Shown one piece after another: positions 30,414-40,261 of a stretch of DNA of 55,128 nucleotides. The notes beneath the pieces were generated by a model. It was not told where the DNA came from. It ran no database searches and worked only from the letters and a program-made list of their open reading frames with translations. Source of the stretch: an uncultured Clostridium sp. (GTDB lineage: Bacteria > Bacillota > Clostridia > TANB77 > CAG-508); assembly GCA_948470875.1 (NCBI GenBank), contig CAOKQM010000005.1, positions 1 to 55,128 of the forward strand, written 5' to 3'. The translations under genes and the position numbers were made by a program. Positions within the stretch are counted from its first letter, which is position 1, and each line of letters begins with the position of its first letter.

Positions 30414-30439
30414 GAGGAAAGGGCGCTGCCCTTTCCTCC
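30413..30439 (+). terminator. Strong GC hairpin at the leuS stop codon
   Basis: GGAGGAAAGGGC-GCT-GCCCTTTCCTCC, 12-bp perfect stem, followed by only a weak T-tract (TAAAACCTCTTTT). Confidence 0.6.
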
Positions 30440-30443
30440 TAAA

Positions 30444-30640
30444 ACCTCTTTTCCTGCTGGAAAACCAACAGCTGGTTTTCCAAACCTTTCCAGCTAACTC
30501 TGCTTGCAGAAAATAAGTGGCTCCGTTTGGCTCTTCCCACCCATTCTTGTAACTTACTTTGGTTCGTACAATTCTGGGCGGTCCCCACGGAAGCCAAACT
30601 GGTGGGAGTGGGATTTGAAATAAAATAGAAAGAGAGATTT
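30444..30640 (+). ncRNA. GC-rich structured element of about 200 nt (candidate ncRNA or cis-regulator, unknown family)
   Basis: Perfect 10-bp hairpin TGGAAAACCA-ACAGC-TGGTTTTCCA enclosed by GCTGG/CCAGC. GTTTGGCT..TTCC pairs with GGAAGCCAAAC. TCCCACC pairs with GGTGGGA in crossing (pseudoknot or alternative) order. Flanks AAAACCTCTTTTCC and GAAAGAGAGATTTT can close the element. Confidence 0.3.
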
Positions 30641-30645
30641 TATAA

Positions 30646-31221
30646 ATGAAAATTGGGATTGATTTAGATGGTGTTGTGATTGATAGTGAACAAACATTTC
30701 GAACATATGAGGAAATTTATGATGTAGATTATTTAAAAGGAAACCATTTAGTAAATTCAGAAGAACCTAAGTTTCAAGCTAGGTATTGTTGGACGAAAGA
30801 GGAGCAAGCAGAATTTATTAAACGATATTTTTTGCAAATATCAAAGGAAAGTAATTTGATGTCTGGATTTGTAGGGGTTTATGATTTGCTGAAAAAACAG
30901 GGGAATGAGTTTGTGGTGATTACAGCAAGAGGTGGATTTGTGAAAGAAATGAAAAAGGATGCCATACGCTTGTTAGAGGAGCAGAATATCAAATTTGATA
31001 AATATTATTGGAATATAGATGACAAATTAGAAATTTGCCAAAAAGAAAAGGTGGATTTAATGATAGATGATGATTGGAAGATTGTAGAAAATTTGAGTAA
31101 TCATCATGTAAAATGTTTATATTTTAGAGATGTGGGCTTGAAGAAATTGCCTGAAAGTGAATACTTGAAAGAGGTTCGTAATTGGGGTGAGGTGTATCGT
31201 TATATAAAAAAGATGGGCTAA
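30646..31221 (+). CDS. HAD-superfamily 5'(3')-nucleotidase-like hydrolase
   Basis: 191-aa ORF. IGIDLDGVV (DxDxV) nucleophile motif and a distal DD pair. Confidence 0.6.
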   Translation: MKIGIDLDGVVIDSEQTFRTYEEIYDVDYLKGNHLVNSEEPKFQARYCWTKEEQAEFIKRYFLQISKESNLMSGFVGVYDLLKKQGNEFVVITARGGFVKEMKKDAIRLLEEQNIKFDKYYWNIDDKLEICQKEKVDLMIDDDWKIVENLSNHHVKCLYFRDVGLKKLPESEYLKEVRNWGEVYRYIKKMG

Positions 31222-31919
31222 AATTTTAAATTTTCTACTTGTTTTGCGGTTTTTTCATAATTGAAAAGGTATTTTTCCATGAGCTCATTAAAGCTTTTGG
31301 TGTGGTTTTTGTATTTTAAATGACAAAATTCATGAATGACAATAAATTGAATGATTTCTTTAGAGTATTGCATAATTGCTGGATTGATTGTGATAATTTG
31401 GTTCGAACATTTAGCTAAAACTTGATTAGGAAGTGACTTGATTTTGAAATCTTCTGGCGCAAATCCAAGTAGATGACGGGCATCTTCTAGCATGGTTTCG
31501 ATTTCGTTTTTCGCAATTGAAACATACATTTTGGAAATCGTTGCATCAATGATTTTGGTTTTATCGCAATTCAGATATTTTGCAGGTAAAATGATTTCAA
31601 TGTATTTTTTTAATAAATTTAAAGTTGGATTTTTGGTGTTTTCATATTTGACTACAATATCGTATTGCTTTCCAAAAATGCAAATAGGGTCTTGATTTAT
31701 TTTTTGTTTTTGAATGGTTTCATTTTCAATGTATTCTTTTAAATGTTTTAAAATCCAATTTTTCTTTTGTTCTACGACGGCTTGAATTTGTTTGGTTGAA
31801 TAGTAAAAAGGAGCTTTTACAATAACTTCACCATTATGAATGGAAATGTATAAACTACTATTTGAGGTTTTATCTACAGTATATGTGATTACATCGTTTT
31901 TATTTCGTAAAAAGCTCAT
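31218..31919 (-). CDS. YgjP-like (DUF45/M48-type) metal-dependent hydrolase
   Basis: 233-aa ORF with HEFCHL (HExxH) near the C-terminus. Overlaps the convergent upstream gene's end by 4 nt. Confidence 0.8.
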   Translation of the reverse strand: MSFLRNKNDVITYTVDKTSNSSLYISIHNGEVIVKAPFYYSTKQIQAVVEQKKNWILKHLKEYIENETIQKQKINQDPICIFGKQYDIVVKYENTKNPTLNLLKKYIEIILPAKYLNCDKTKIIDATISKMYVSIAKNEIETMLEDARHLLGFAPEDFKIKSLPNQVLAKCSNQIITINPAIMQYSKEIIQFIVIHEFCHLKYKNHTKSFNELMEKYLFNYEKTAKQVENLKF

Positions 31920-32048
31920 TTTTTTCTCCTATCTACTAAACTTTTGTTTGTAATATCGTATCAGAAATAAAATGGTTTGTCAATAGGTTTTTAGAAAAAA
32001 TGTTCGGTTATTTTTTGCGTTTTTTTGTGTAAGTTTTTTAGAAAAATA

Positions 32049-32078
32049 TTGAAAACATAAATGAATTTATGCTATAAT
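32049..32078 (+). promoter_or_regulatory. Sigma-A-type promoter of hpt
   Basis: TTGAAA (32049-32054), 18 nt, TATAAT (32073-32078). Confidence 0.55.
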
Positions 32079-32118
32079 AAAGTTTAAATAGGATAAGAGA
32101 AAAAATATAGGAGGAAAC

Positions 32119-32652
32119 ATGGAAGAGGAAATTTTGGAAAAGGTAAAAGTATTATATGAAGAAAAAGAAATTCAAACAAGAATTGCTGCACTTGCCAAAC
32201 AAATCGATGATGATTATCAAGGAAAAAAAGTTGTTGTTATTTCGATTTTAAAAGGAGCGGTTTTTTTTACAGTAGATTTGGTAAAGAGAATGAAAACACC
32301 AATTGAATTAGAATTTATGCAGGTTTCAAGTTATGAAGGGACAACTTCTACGCAAAAGATTAAAATTAAAAAAGGCTTAGAACAAAGTATTACAGGCAAA
32401 GATGTTTTGATTGTAGAAGATATTATTGATACTGGTTATACACTAAAATATTTAAAAGAGTATTTGTTAGAACAAAATCCAAATTCTTTGAAATTGGCGG
32501 TATTAGCAGATAAAAAAGAAAGACGTGAAGTAGATGTAAAAATTGATTATACTGGATTTGTGATACCCAATAAATTTGTAATTGGTTATGGGTTTGATTA
32601 TAATCAAATGGGCAGAAATCTACCTTATGTTGGCTATATTGAAATGGCGTAA
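32119..32652 (+). CDS. hpt: Hypoxanthine phosphoribosyltransferase
   Basis: 177-aa ORF. PRPP motif VLIVEDIIDTGYT. AGGAGG RBS. Confidence 0.9.
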   Translation: MEEEILEKVKVLYEEKEIQTRIAALAKQIDDDYQGKKVVVISILKGAVFFTVDLVKRMKTPIELEFMQVSSYEGTTSTQKIKIKKGLEQSITGKDVLIVEDIIDTGYTLKYLKEYLLEQNPNSLKLAVLADKKERREVDVKIDYTGFVIPNKFVIGYGFDYNQMGRNLPYVGYIEMA

Positions 32653-32703
32653 AAGGCGAGTTTATAGCAGATTTAATCCAAATTTGCCAGAAAGGACTAA
32701 AAT

Positions 32704-34495
32704 ATGTTTAACATTGAAGAAGAACTAAAAAAGCTTCCTAAAAGTCCAGGAGTTTATCTGATGAAAGACCAAAACGATACCGTAATTTATGTCGGAAAAG
32801 CGGTTATTTTGCGTAATCGTGTTAGACAATATTTTCGTAAAAATAATAAAACAGCTAGAATTGAAAAAATGGTTTCTTTGATTGACCATTTTGAATATAT
32901 TGTTGTTGGTAGTGAAGATGAAGCTTTGATTTTAGAGTGTAATTTAATCAAAAAATATAGACCACGTTTTAATGTGCTTTTAAAAGACGATAAAACATAT
33001 CCGTATATTCGTATTGATGTAAAATCGGATTATCCAGGAATTTTTATGACACGAAAATTGCAAAAAGATGGAGCCAAATATTTTGGTCCATATGCTAGCA
33101 GCCGGAAGTGCTAAAGAAATGATTGCCTTTATCAAAGAGAAGTTTCAAATAAGGCAATGTAGAAATTTCAAAAATCAAGATAGAGCTTGCCTAAATTATC
33201 ATATCAAAAAATGTTTGGCGCCTTGTATGGGATATGTTTCTAAGGAAGAATATCGAAAACAGATTGACCAAATTATGTTGCTTTTGGATGGAAAAATTGA
33301 GACCATTATCAAAGAATTGAATCAAGAAATGATGGAATATGCACAACGTCAAGAATATGAAAAAGCAGCTAAAATTCGTGATCGAATTTTGGGAATTGAG
33401 CGTGTTTCAGAAAAGCAAAAAGTGTCTAATATTTCGGAAAATAACATAGATGTAATTGGCTTATATAAAAACGAGATGACAGTTTGTATTGAGGTTTTTT
33501 TTGTTCGTGGCAGTAGAATGATTGGAAGAGAGCATTATTTTTTTGATGATTTAAAAGACATGGAAGAAGAGGAATTGGTTTCTGGTTTTATCAAACAGTA
33601 TTATTTTGAAAAAAAGGATTTGCCCAATAAAATTATGCTTCGTATGGAATTGGCGGAAAAACAGGCAATTGAAAAATTTCTTTCGGATAAAGCAGGAAAA
33701 AAAGTAGAATTGAAAAGTCCGCAAAAAGGCGAAAAATTGCGATTTGTGGAAATGGCAGAAATGAATAGTAAAATTACTTTGGAAAATAAATTAAAAGACA
33801 AAAGTGAAATTTTAGGAGAGTTAAAAGAAGTATTAAATTTGGAAGATTTACCAACTCAAATTGAATGTTTTGATATTTCTAATATAGCTGGAAATTTTGT
33901 AGTAGCAGGTATGTGTGTGGCACAAAATGGCGTAATAAAAAGAAATTTGTCGAGGCGTTTTAAAATTAAAACAGTGATTGGGCAAGATGATCCCAAATGC
34001 ATGGAAGAAGTTGTTTCTAGACGTTTGAAACATTCGCTTGAAAATCCAAATGGTGGATTTGGGAAATTGCCAAATTTAATTTTAGCAGATGGTGGAATTA
34101 CTCAAATTCGTGCAATTAAAAATGCATTAAAGGAAAATGATTTAGCTGATAAAATTCCTGTTTTTGGTATGGTAAAAGATGATAAACATTCTACTAAAGC
34201 TTTGATAAATGAGAATAGAGAAGAATTTGAAATTTCGGAAAAATTATTTTATTTTATTACTAATTTGCAAGATGAAGTTCACAAAACAGCAATTGAATAT
34301 CATAGAAAAGTGCGTGATCAGGAAATGACAAAGTCGAAATTGGACGAAATTTCTGGTGTGGGAGAGAAAAAACGAACGGAATTATTAAGAAAATTTGGTA
34401 GTTTGAAAAAAATTAAACAGGCAAGTATCGAGGAAATTGCTGCTGTTAAAGGGATTAATTTGGCATTAGCAGAAAAAATAAAAAAAGAATTATAA
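32704..34495 (+). CDS. uvrC: Excinuclease ABC subunit C; one polypeptide if +1 at CGG 33103
   Basis: Track ORFs 32704-33114 (GIY-YIG: GVYLMKD...VIYVGKA) and 33068-34495 (UVR domain, endonuclease domain, C-terminal HhH). Confidence 0.9.
33103..33106 (+). other. In-frame CGG(A) +1 recoding site 9
   Basis: agc agc CGG aag tgc taa; skipping the C gives [22 protein letters not shown], in the frame of ORF 33068. Confidence 0.85.
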
Positions 34496-34573
34496 AATTT
34501 ATTTTACATTTTTTAATTTTGTGATATAATGTTTAAATTAGAAGAAACAAAAGATTTTTTTAAGGAGAAGAAA

Positions 34574-36065
34574 TTGGAACAGACGAAGAAATTTGAGGTA
34601 AATGCTGGAATTTTAGAAAATTTTGATAAAATTATGGCAGTAAAATTGGATCAAATAAAAGAATTAAAAATATCGGGTTTGGATAAAACTTCAAAATTAT
34701 GCAGTATCATTAGTTTGTGTTCGAATCTCAAAACACTTATTATAGAAGGAGATTCGAGAATTAATTGTGATAAGATATTGAGTTATGTGTTAAAAAAAGA
34801 ACGTTTAGAAAAATTGATTTTGAATGGTGTAAAGTTGCCAAAAGCAGAAACCTTGGAAAAATACACAAATTTAAAAATGATATCTTTAAATGAAATTCGC
34901 AATTGTGCTGTTACAAGTTTTTTAAAAGGTATTGTCTATCCTGAAAAAATCGAAAGTTTGAATCTTTCTAATACTGATTTGGCGAATCGTTCACTTGCAG
35001 TTTTAGAACGATTTTGTGATATCAAATATTTGAATTTAGAAAAATTAAAAAATGCAAAATTAGGAAATCTTGATTTTCTAAAAGAAAATGAAAATCTTTT
35101 GAAAGTATCGATGATAGATTGTGAAATTCCAATTCATCAAGTAAATCATTTGTTAGAAATTCAATGCGCCAAAGAAATTTTTGTAGATTTATTAGAGGAA
35201 AAGGAAAAAGTGTTAAAAGGCTGTAAATTGCAGTTGCAAGAAGATAAAAAAACAATTTTTATACTTCCTGCAAAACAGGTTAAAAATGTTTATCCAAAAG
35301 TAGATTTAAACAAAATTGATAAAATAAATTTGGTTCTAGATGTGCCAATAAAAGATAAAGAATGGATTTCGATTTTATCAAATTTAAAAACGAAAATAGG
35401 TATTTTTTGCAAAGATTTTTCTTGTATTCCTTTGAGCCAAGCTTTGGAATTAAAGCAAACTTTGAAAATTAGAAAAATAGTAGTAAATGCCAAAAAATAT
35501 TGGGCAGATGATTTGATTGAATCATTGCAAAAAATGGATTTGTTTCTTACACAAATACCACAAAATTGGACAAAGACGGAAAAGTTTTTGCAATTGTATA
35601 AGATTTTGGGAGAAGAATTTGATGAGCTAAATGAGCCGAATTTGGAAATTTCAGAATTTTTACAAAATTGCTTGCAATGTTTGAAAATACAAAATAATCA
35701 AATAAAAGGAAAAATTTTAGAAAATGGGAAAAAACATTTTTGGAATCAAGTGAAATTAGGAGGAAAATGGTATCATGTTGATTTGGCGCTTGATTTGGAA
35801 AATATTAAACACAAAAAAGTAAAATATTGTTTGCTAAGTGATGACAACTTTTTTAAGACACATAAACCAGTAGCTGGCAAAAATCACTATTGTGCAGAAG
35901 ATTTTAATACAAAATTGGTATATGTGTTTTTTAAAACAGGTTTATTCAAAGAAAAATTGCTGGTATCGTATTTTCATAAAATATTGGCTAAACTGAAGAA
36001 AATATTTTATTTACATAAAACACAGAAACATCTTTTATTACCACGGAAAAGATACAAAAGAATAA
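34574..36065 (+). CDS. Leucine-rich-repeat protein with a C-terminal transglutaminase-like (Cys-His-Asp) core
   Basis: The track ATG 34529 lies inside the -10 box (TG-A-TATAAT, 34525-34530), so TTG 34574, 6 nt after AAGGAG, is preferred. LRR-like LxxLxLxxN repeats. C..CL...HFWNQVKLGGKWYHVDLALD. The end is 36065 if the CGG at 36044 shifts +1, or 36100 in the zero frame. Confidence 0.5.
36044..36047 (+). other. In-frame CGG(A) near a C-terminus (site 10)
   Basis: The zero frame reads PRKRYKRIKKGRQIKKPSF through the terminator hairpin. The +1 frame gives LLLP-G-KDTKE and stops at TAA 36063-36065, just before the hairpin. Confidence 0.5.
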
Positions 36066-36068
36066 AAA

Positions 36069-36098
36069 AAGGAAGGCAGATAAAAAAACCTTCCTTTT
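36069..36098 (+). terminator. Intrinsic terminator
   Basis: AAGGAAGG (36069-36076) pairs with CCTTCCTT (36089-36096), then TT. Confidence 0.65.
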
Positions 36099-36135
36099 GA
36101 AATTTTACAAAGTCAGAGTTTTTTCGCAAAATTTA

Positions 36136-36164
36136 TTGCTAAATAGAAGATAAAATGATATAAT
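36136..36164 (+). promoter_or_regulatory. Sigma-A-type promoter with extended -10
   Basis: TTGCTA (36136-36141), 17 nt, TG-A-TATAAT (-10 at 36159-36164). Confidence 0.55.
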
Positions 36165-36187
36165 CTTTGCCAAGTAAGGAGAAAAAT

Positions 36188-36683
36188 ATGGCAACTAGAA
36201 TTGATAAAGAAAATTATTATTTAGATATCGCAGAAACAGTAGCCAGTAGAGCAACTTGTCTTCGAAAAAAATATGGAAGTGTGATTGTCAATCATGACCA
36301 AATTATTGCTACTGGTTATTGTGGTGCGCCACGTGGGAGAGTCAATTGCTCAGATTTAGGTTATTGTGTGAAAAAAAAATTATTGCCAAATGAGCGCCAT
36401 GGTGGCTATGATGCGTGCCGTTCTGTGCATAGCGAACAAAATGCAATCATTAGTAGTTCACGCCAAGAAATGTTAGGAGGAACATTGTATTTGGTAGGAT
36501 ATCGTACAGAAAATCATGATTACGAAGAAGGAGCTGCACCATGTTTAATGTGTAGAAAATTAATTATCAATAGTCGGAATAGAAAAAGTAATTGTAAGAA
36601 AAAACAAAGAGCAATATGTTGTTTATCAAGTACAAGATTGGATTGAACAAGATGAATATTTAGAAGGAAAATTATCGTATTAA
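36188..36683 (+). CDS. comEB: dCMP deaminase (ComEB family); correct C-terminus only with +1 at CGG 36575
   Basis: ATG 36188 after AAGGAG. Zinc motifs HSEQNA and PCLMCRKLIINS. The +1 frame gives GIEKVIVRKNKEQYVVYQVQDW...LSY, with stop at 36681-36683 directly before the next gene's RBS. Confidence 0.85.
36575..36578 (+). other. In-frame CGG(A) +1 recoding site 11
   Basis: aat agt CGG aat aga; skipping the C restores the conserved deaminase motif C..C.KLIINS-G-I.KV. Confidence 0.85.
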
Positions 36684-36696
36684 GGAGGAAAAGGGC

Positions 36697-38372
36697 TTGA
36701 AAATTAGGGCTGAAAAGAGAAAAATAAATAGACAAGTAATCGATCTAATTTTTATTTTTATCATTGCTATGATTTTGATGATACCTCAATTTAGCCCCAA
36801 AGCAGATATTTACTTAGACGATGGAAGTCAGCATTTGATGAGAGCTTATGGAACTTATCAAACAATGTTGCAAAATGGAAACTGTAATGTTCTTGCTAAT
36901 TTTTCCAATGGTTTTGGGTATTCATGGAATTTGTTTTATGGACCTTTTTCGACTGATTGTGTAATTTTGCGGAAAAATGATAGTTCAATCGTTTGTGCTA
37001 AGTTTAAAAATGGTATTTTGTTTGATTTTATTTTTTGCAGGATTTTGTATGTATCAACTTGTGTGTGAAATCACTAAAAACGAAAATACAGCTTGTTTAG
37101 CTGGCGTCATTTATATGACATCACCTTATTTTTTTACAGATATTTACATAAGACATGCCCTTGGTGAATGTTTGGCATTTGTGTTTATTCCACTCGTATT
37201 TTTGGGATTATTTCGTTTGTTTGAAACAGGAAAAAAACACGATGTTTTAATTTTTGGAGCTGCCAGTTTGCTTCTTTCGCATAATATCACAACTATGATA
37301 ACAGCTGTATTTGCAGTATTTTATGGAATCCTAAATATCAAAAAATTGAAAAATAGGCGTGTGAAAAAAAGTTTACTTGTGGATATAATATTGATTATCC
37401 TAATGACCAGTTTTTATTGGATTCCATTTTTGCAAAATAAAGGTGCAAGTGATTATCAAGTTTTTGAAAAAAATGCCATGGCAACAAAGGAAAGTTTTTT
37501 GAGCCATACAATTGAAGCAAAGGATTTATTGCTCACACAAAAGGATACCATTTTTGTTTTTGAAATTGGTTTGCCTGTTGTATTTATGTTAATATTTTCT
37601 GTGATGGCTTTCAGAAGAGTGGAAAATGGCAAAAAAGAATATGTATTTTTCTTGGTTTCTGGTATGATAAGCCTTTGGATGGTAACCAAATATTTTCCGT
37701 GGAAATGGATTCCAAGCTGTTTTTATATTGTGCAATTTCCGTGGAGAATGCTAGTGTTTTCAACATTTTTCTTTGCGATTGTAGCAAGCATTAATATGGA
37801 AGTTTTAATTCGAAAATTCAACTGGAAAGATGTACGGAATTCTTACTTTGATTTGCCTTTTGTATATATCTTCCAAATTAGTTAATATTCCATATTCAGA
37901 TAAGGTTCAAGAACCAGAAAAAGTTTCTATTCATGCCATAACAGGTCAAAATAATGAATGGATTCCTGGAATGGGAAGGCTAGAATATTTGCCTAAAAAA
38001 GCATATAATCATACATTTTATATTGCAACTAGAAAGCCTAAAATTGAGATTTTAAAAGGAACTTGTCATGTACAAGAAGAGGTGAAAGTGGGGAGTCATT
38101 TAACGGCTAAAATACAGGCGGGTGCTGAAAATGCTGAAGTAGAATTTCCATTTATTTATTATTTGGGTTATACAGTTAGATTAGATGGAATGATTTTGGA
38201 AACATTTGAAACAGAAAATGGCTTTTTGGGTTGCTCGATAGAAGCAAACGAACAAGGTGTTTTAGAAGTGGATTACACAGGCACAAATTGGATGAATTTT
38301 TCTAAAATAATTGCTATTTTTGCCTGGATAGGATATATTGTATATGTTTTAAAAAATAGAAAAGATGGATAA
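36697..38372 (+). CDS. Large polytopic membrane protein, GT-C/YfhO-like candidate glycosyltransferase or polymerase; one polypeptide with +1 at CGG 36970 and 37835
   Basis: Track ORFs 36697-37068, 36977-37885 and 37830-38372 join into about 557 aa with more than 10 hydrophobic segments and a soluble C-terminal domain. TTG start after AAGGAGG. Confidence 0.6.
36970..36973 (+). other. In-frame CGG(A) +1 recoding site 12
   Basis: att ttg CGG aaa aat; skipping the C gives DCVIL-G-KMIVQSFVLSLKM, in the frame of ORF 36977. Confidence 0.8.
37835..37838 (+). other. In-frame CGG(A) +1 recoding site 13
   Basis: gat gta CGG aat tct; skipping the C gives NWKDV-G-ILTLICLLYISS, in the frame of ORF 37830. 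Confidence 0.8.
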
Positions 38373-39372
38373 AAGAAAGGATGAAAAAATGAAATTTAAC
38401 TTAGATTTTTACAAAGGCGAAGACAAATATAGTGATGGTGATATCGAAGATATTATTCTAAATTACACAGAAAATTACACAGAAGACAAGATAGATGCGG
38501 TTTTTAAAGATGATTTAAGATGGCCAGTTTTTTATCATTTGACCAATATTCGTAAAAATATCATGAACTGGTATCCAATGAAAAAAAATGCTTCTGTTCT
38601 TGAAATTGGTGCTGGAATGGGTGCTGTTACAAGTACGCTTTGCGAAAAAGCAGAGCGCGTGGTTTGTGTGGAATTATCCAAAAGGCGAGCAACAGCGATT
38701 GCGAATCGTAATAAAACACGAGAAAATTTGGAAATTATGGTTGGGAACTTAAATGATATGCATTTTAGTGAAAAGTTTGATTATATCACACTTGTAGGCG
38801 TTTTGGAATATGCGAATTTATATACGTACACAGATAATCCATATTTTGATTTTTTAAATTCGATTAAAAAATATTTGAAAAAAGATGGGAAATTGTTAAT
38901 TGCGATTGAAAATAAATTTGGTATGAAATATTTTGCAGGAGCGCCAGAAGACCATTCTTGTATTCGTTATGATGGCATAATTGGTTATCCGAAAAAAAAT
39001 CGAAGTGCCATGACATTTGGAAAAAAAGAGTTACAAGATTTACTTTGCCAAGTTGGCTTAAAATACACAAAATTTTATTATCCGCTTCCAGATTACAAAT
39101 TGCCAAACATCATTTTTTCAGATGAATATTTGCCAGATGAGAAAAAAATTCAAGATTATGAAGTTTATTATTATGAAGGAAGCAAAATTGAATTTGATGA
39201 AAAAGAAGCATATAAACAAGCAATAAAAAATGGCGTGTTTGATATTTTTGCTAATTCATTTTTTGTCGAAGCTTGTGCTAAAAAAATTCATACAAAGGTA
39301 GATTTGAAAAATGCAAATCTTGTGAAAATAGCAGAAAATGAAAAAGAGTTTTATGCTAAAAATAAAAAGTAA
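38365..39372 (+). CDS. Class I SAM-dependent methyltransferase
   Basis: 335-aa ORF. Motif I VLEIGAGMGAVT. 8-nt overlap with the upstream gene (an alternative start is ATG 38389). Confidence 0.8.
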   Translation: MDKRKDEKMKFNLDFYKGEDKYSDGDIEDIILNYTENYTEDKIDAVFKDDLRWPVFYHLTNIRKNIMNWYPMKKNASVLEIGAGMGAVTSTLCEKAERVVCVELSKRRATAIANRNKTRENLEIMVGNLNDMHFSEKFDYITLVGVLEYANLYTYTDNPYFDFLNSIKKYLKKDGKLLIAIENKFGMKYFAGAPEDHSCIRYDGIIGYPKKNRSAMTFGKKELQDLLCQVGLKYTKFYYPLPDYKLPNIIFSDEYLPDEKKIQDYEVYYYEGSKIEFDEKEAYKQAIKNGVFDIFANSFFVEACAKKIHTKVDLKNANLVKIAENEKEFYAKNKK

Positions 39373-39394
39373 AATTTTTTAGAAAGGAAGAAGT

Positions 39395-40243
39395 ATGAAG
39401 AAAAAAATAGGAATGATTTTATTGATAATTGTGACAATTAGTTGTATTTATTTAGGGGTTCGCACAAGAGAAAAAAATGGAATTATGGTAACACAAATAC
39501 AAACTACGAGTCCAATAGGTTTAAGTTATATGCTCAAAAGTTGTGAAAATAAAATTGTGATGATTGATGGTGGGAATGCAGAAGATAGCAAACATTTGGA
39601 GGAAATTTTACAAGAAAATGGCGGTGTTGTAGAAAGTTGGTTTATTACAAGAGCAAATCCGCAGAATTTTGGTGCTATGAAACAGATTTTAGAAAATGGC
39701 AAAATTCAGATTCAACAAATTTTCATTAGTTTTAATGAAGCAAGTTGGTATGCTCGTTTAGAACAGGAAATTTACCCAGAAATAGCAGAATTTTTGGATT
39801 TAATTTATAGTGAAAATATCATAAAAAAAGTTTATGATGTGCCACTTCGTCATGAAGTTTTAGTGGATAATTTACACATTCGTGTTTTGAATGTGAAAAA
39901 TCCAGAATGGAATGATGGATATGCAACTTATAATCAATCCATGGTTTTAAAGGTAAGTAACACCTATAAAAGTATGATTTTTATGGGGAATTTGGCACAA
40001 GAAGGAGGGCAAAAGTTTCGAGACAATAATTTAGATGAAATTAATTGTGATGCTGTTCAAGTTTCAAATAATGGGGTACAAAAAGTAGATGATGAGGTTT
40101 ATCAAAAAATGACCCCACAGTATGTGTTTATACCAAAATCAAATCAAGAAAATCAAACTTATCAAAATCATTTAGAACAATTTTTAAAGCCAGAGGCGAC
40201 TTATATTTCTTCAAATGGAGATACTACAGTTAAAATATGGTAA
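39395..40243 (+). CDS. Membrane-anchored MBL-fold (ComEC C-terminal-like) protein
   Basis: 282-aa ORF with an N-terminal TM. VMIDGGN and a later ...VSNNG resemble the beta-lactamase-fold core. Assignment is tentative. Confidence 0.45.
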   Translation: MKKKIGMILLIIVTISCIYLGVRTREKNGIMVTQIQTTSPIGLSYMLKSCENKIVMIDGGNAEDSKHLEEILQENGGVVESWFITRANPQNFGAMKQILENGKIQIQQIFISFNEASWYARLEQEIYPEIAEFLDLIYSENIIKKVYDVPLRHEVLVDNLHIRVLNVKNPEWNDGYATYNQSMVLKVSNTYKSMIFMGNLAQEGGQKFRDNNLDEINCDAVQVSNNGVQKVDDEVYQKMTPQYVFIPKSNQENQTYQNHLEQFLKPEATYISSNGDTTVKIW

Positions 40244-40261
40244 AAGGTTAAGGAGATTTTT

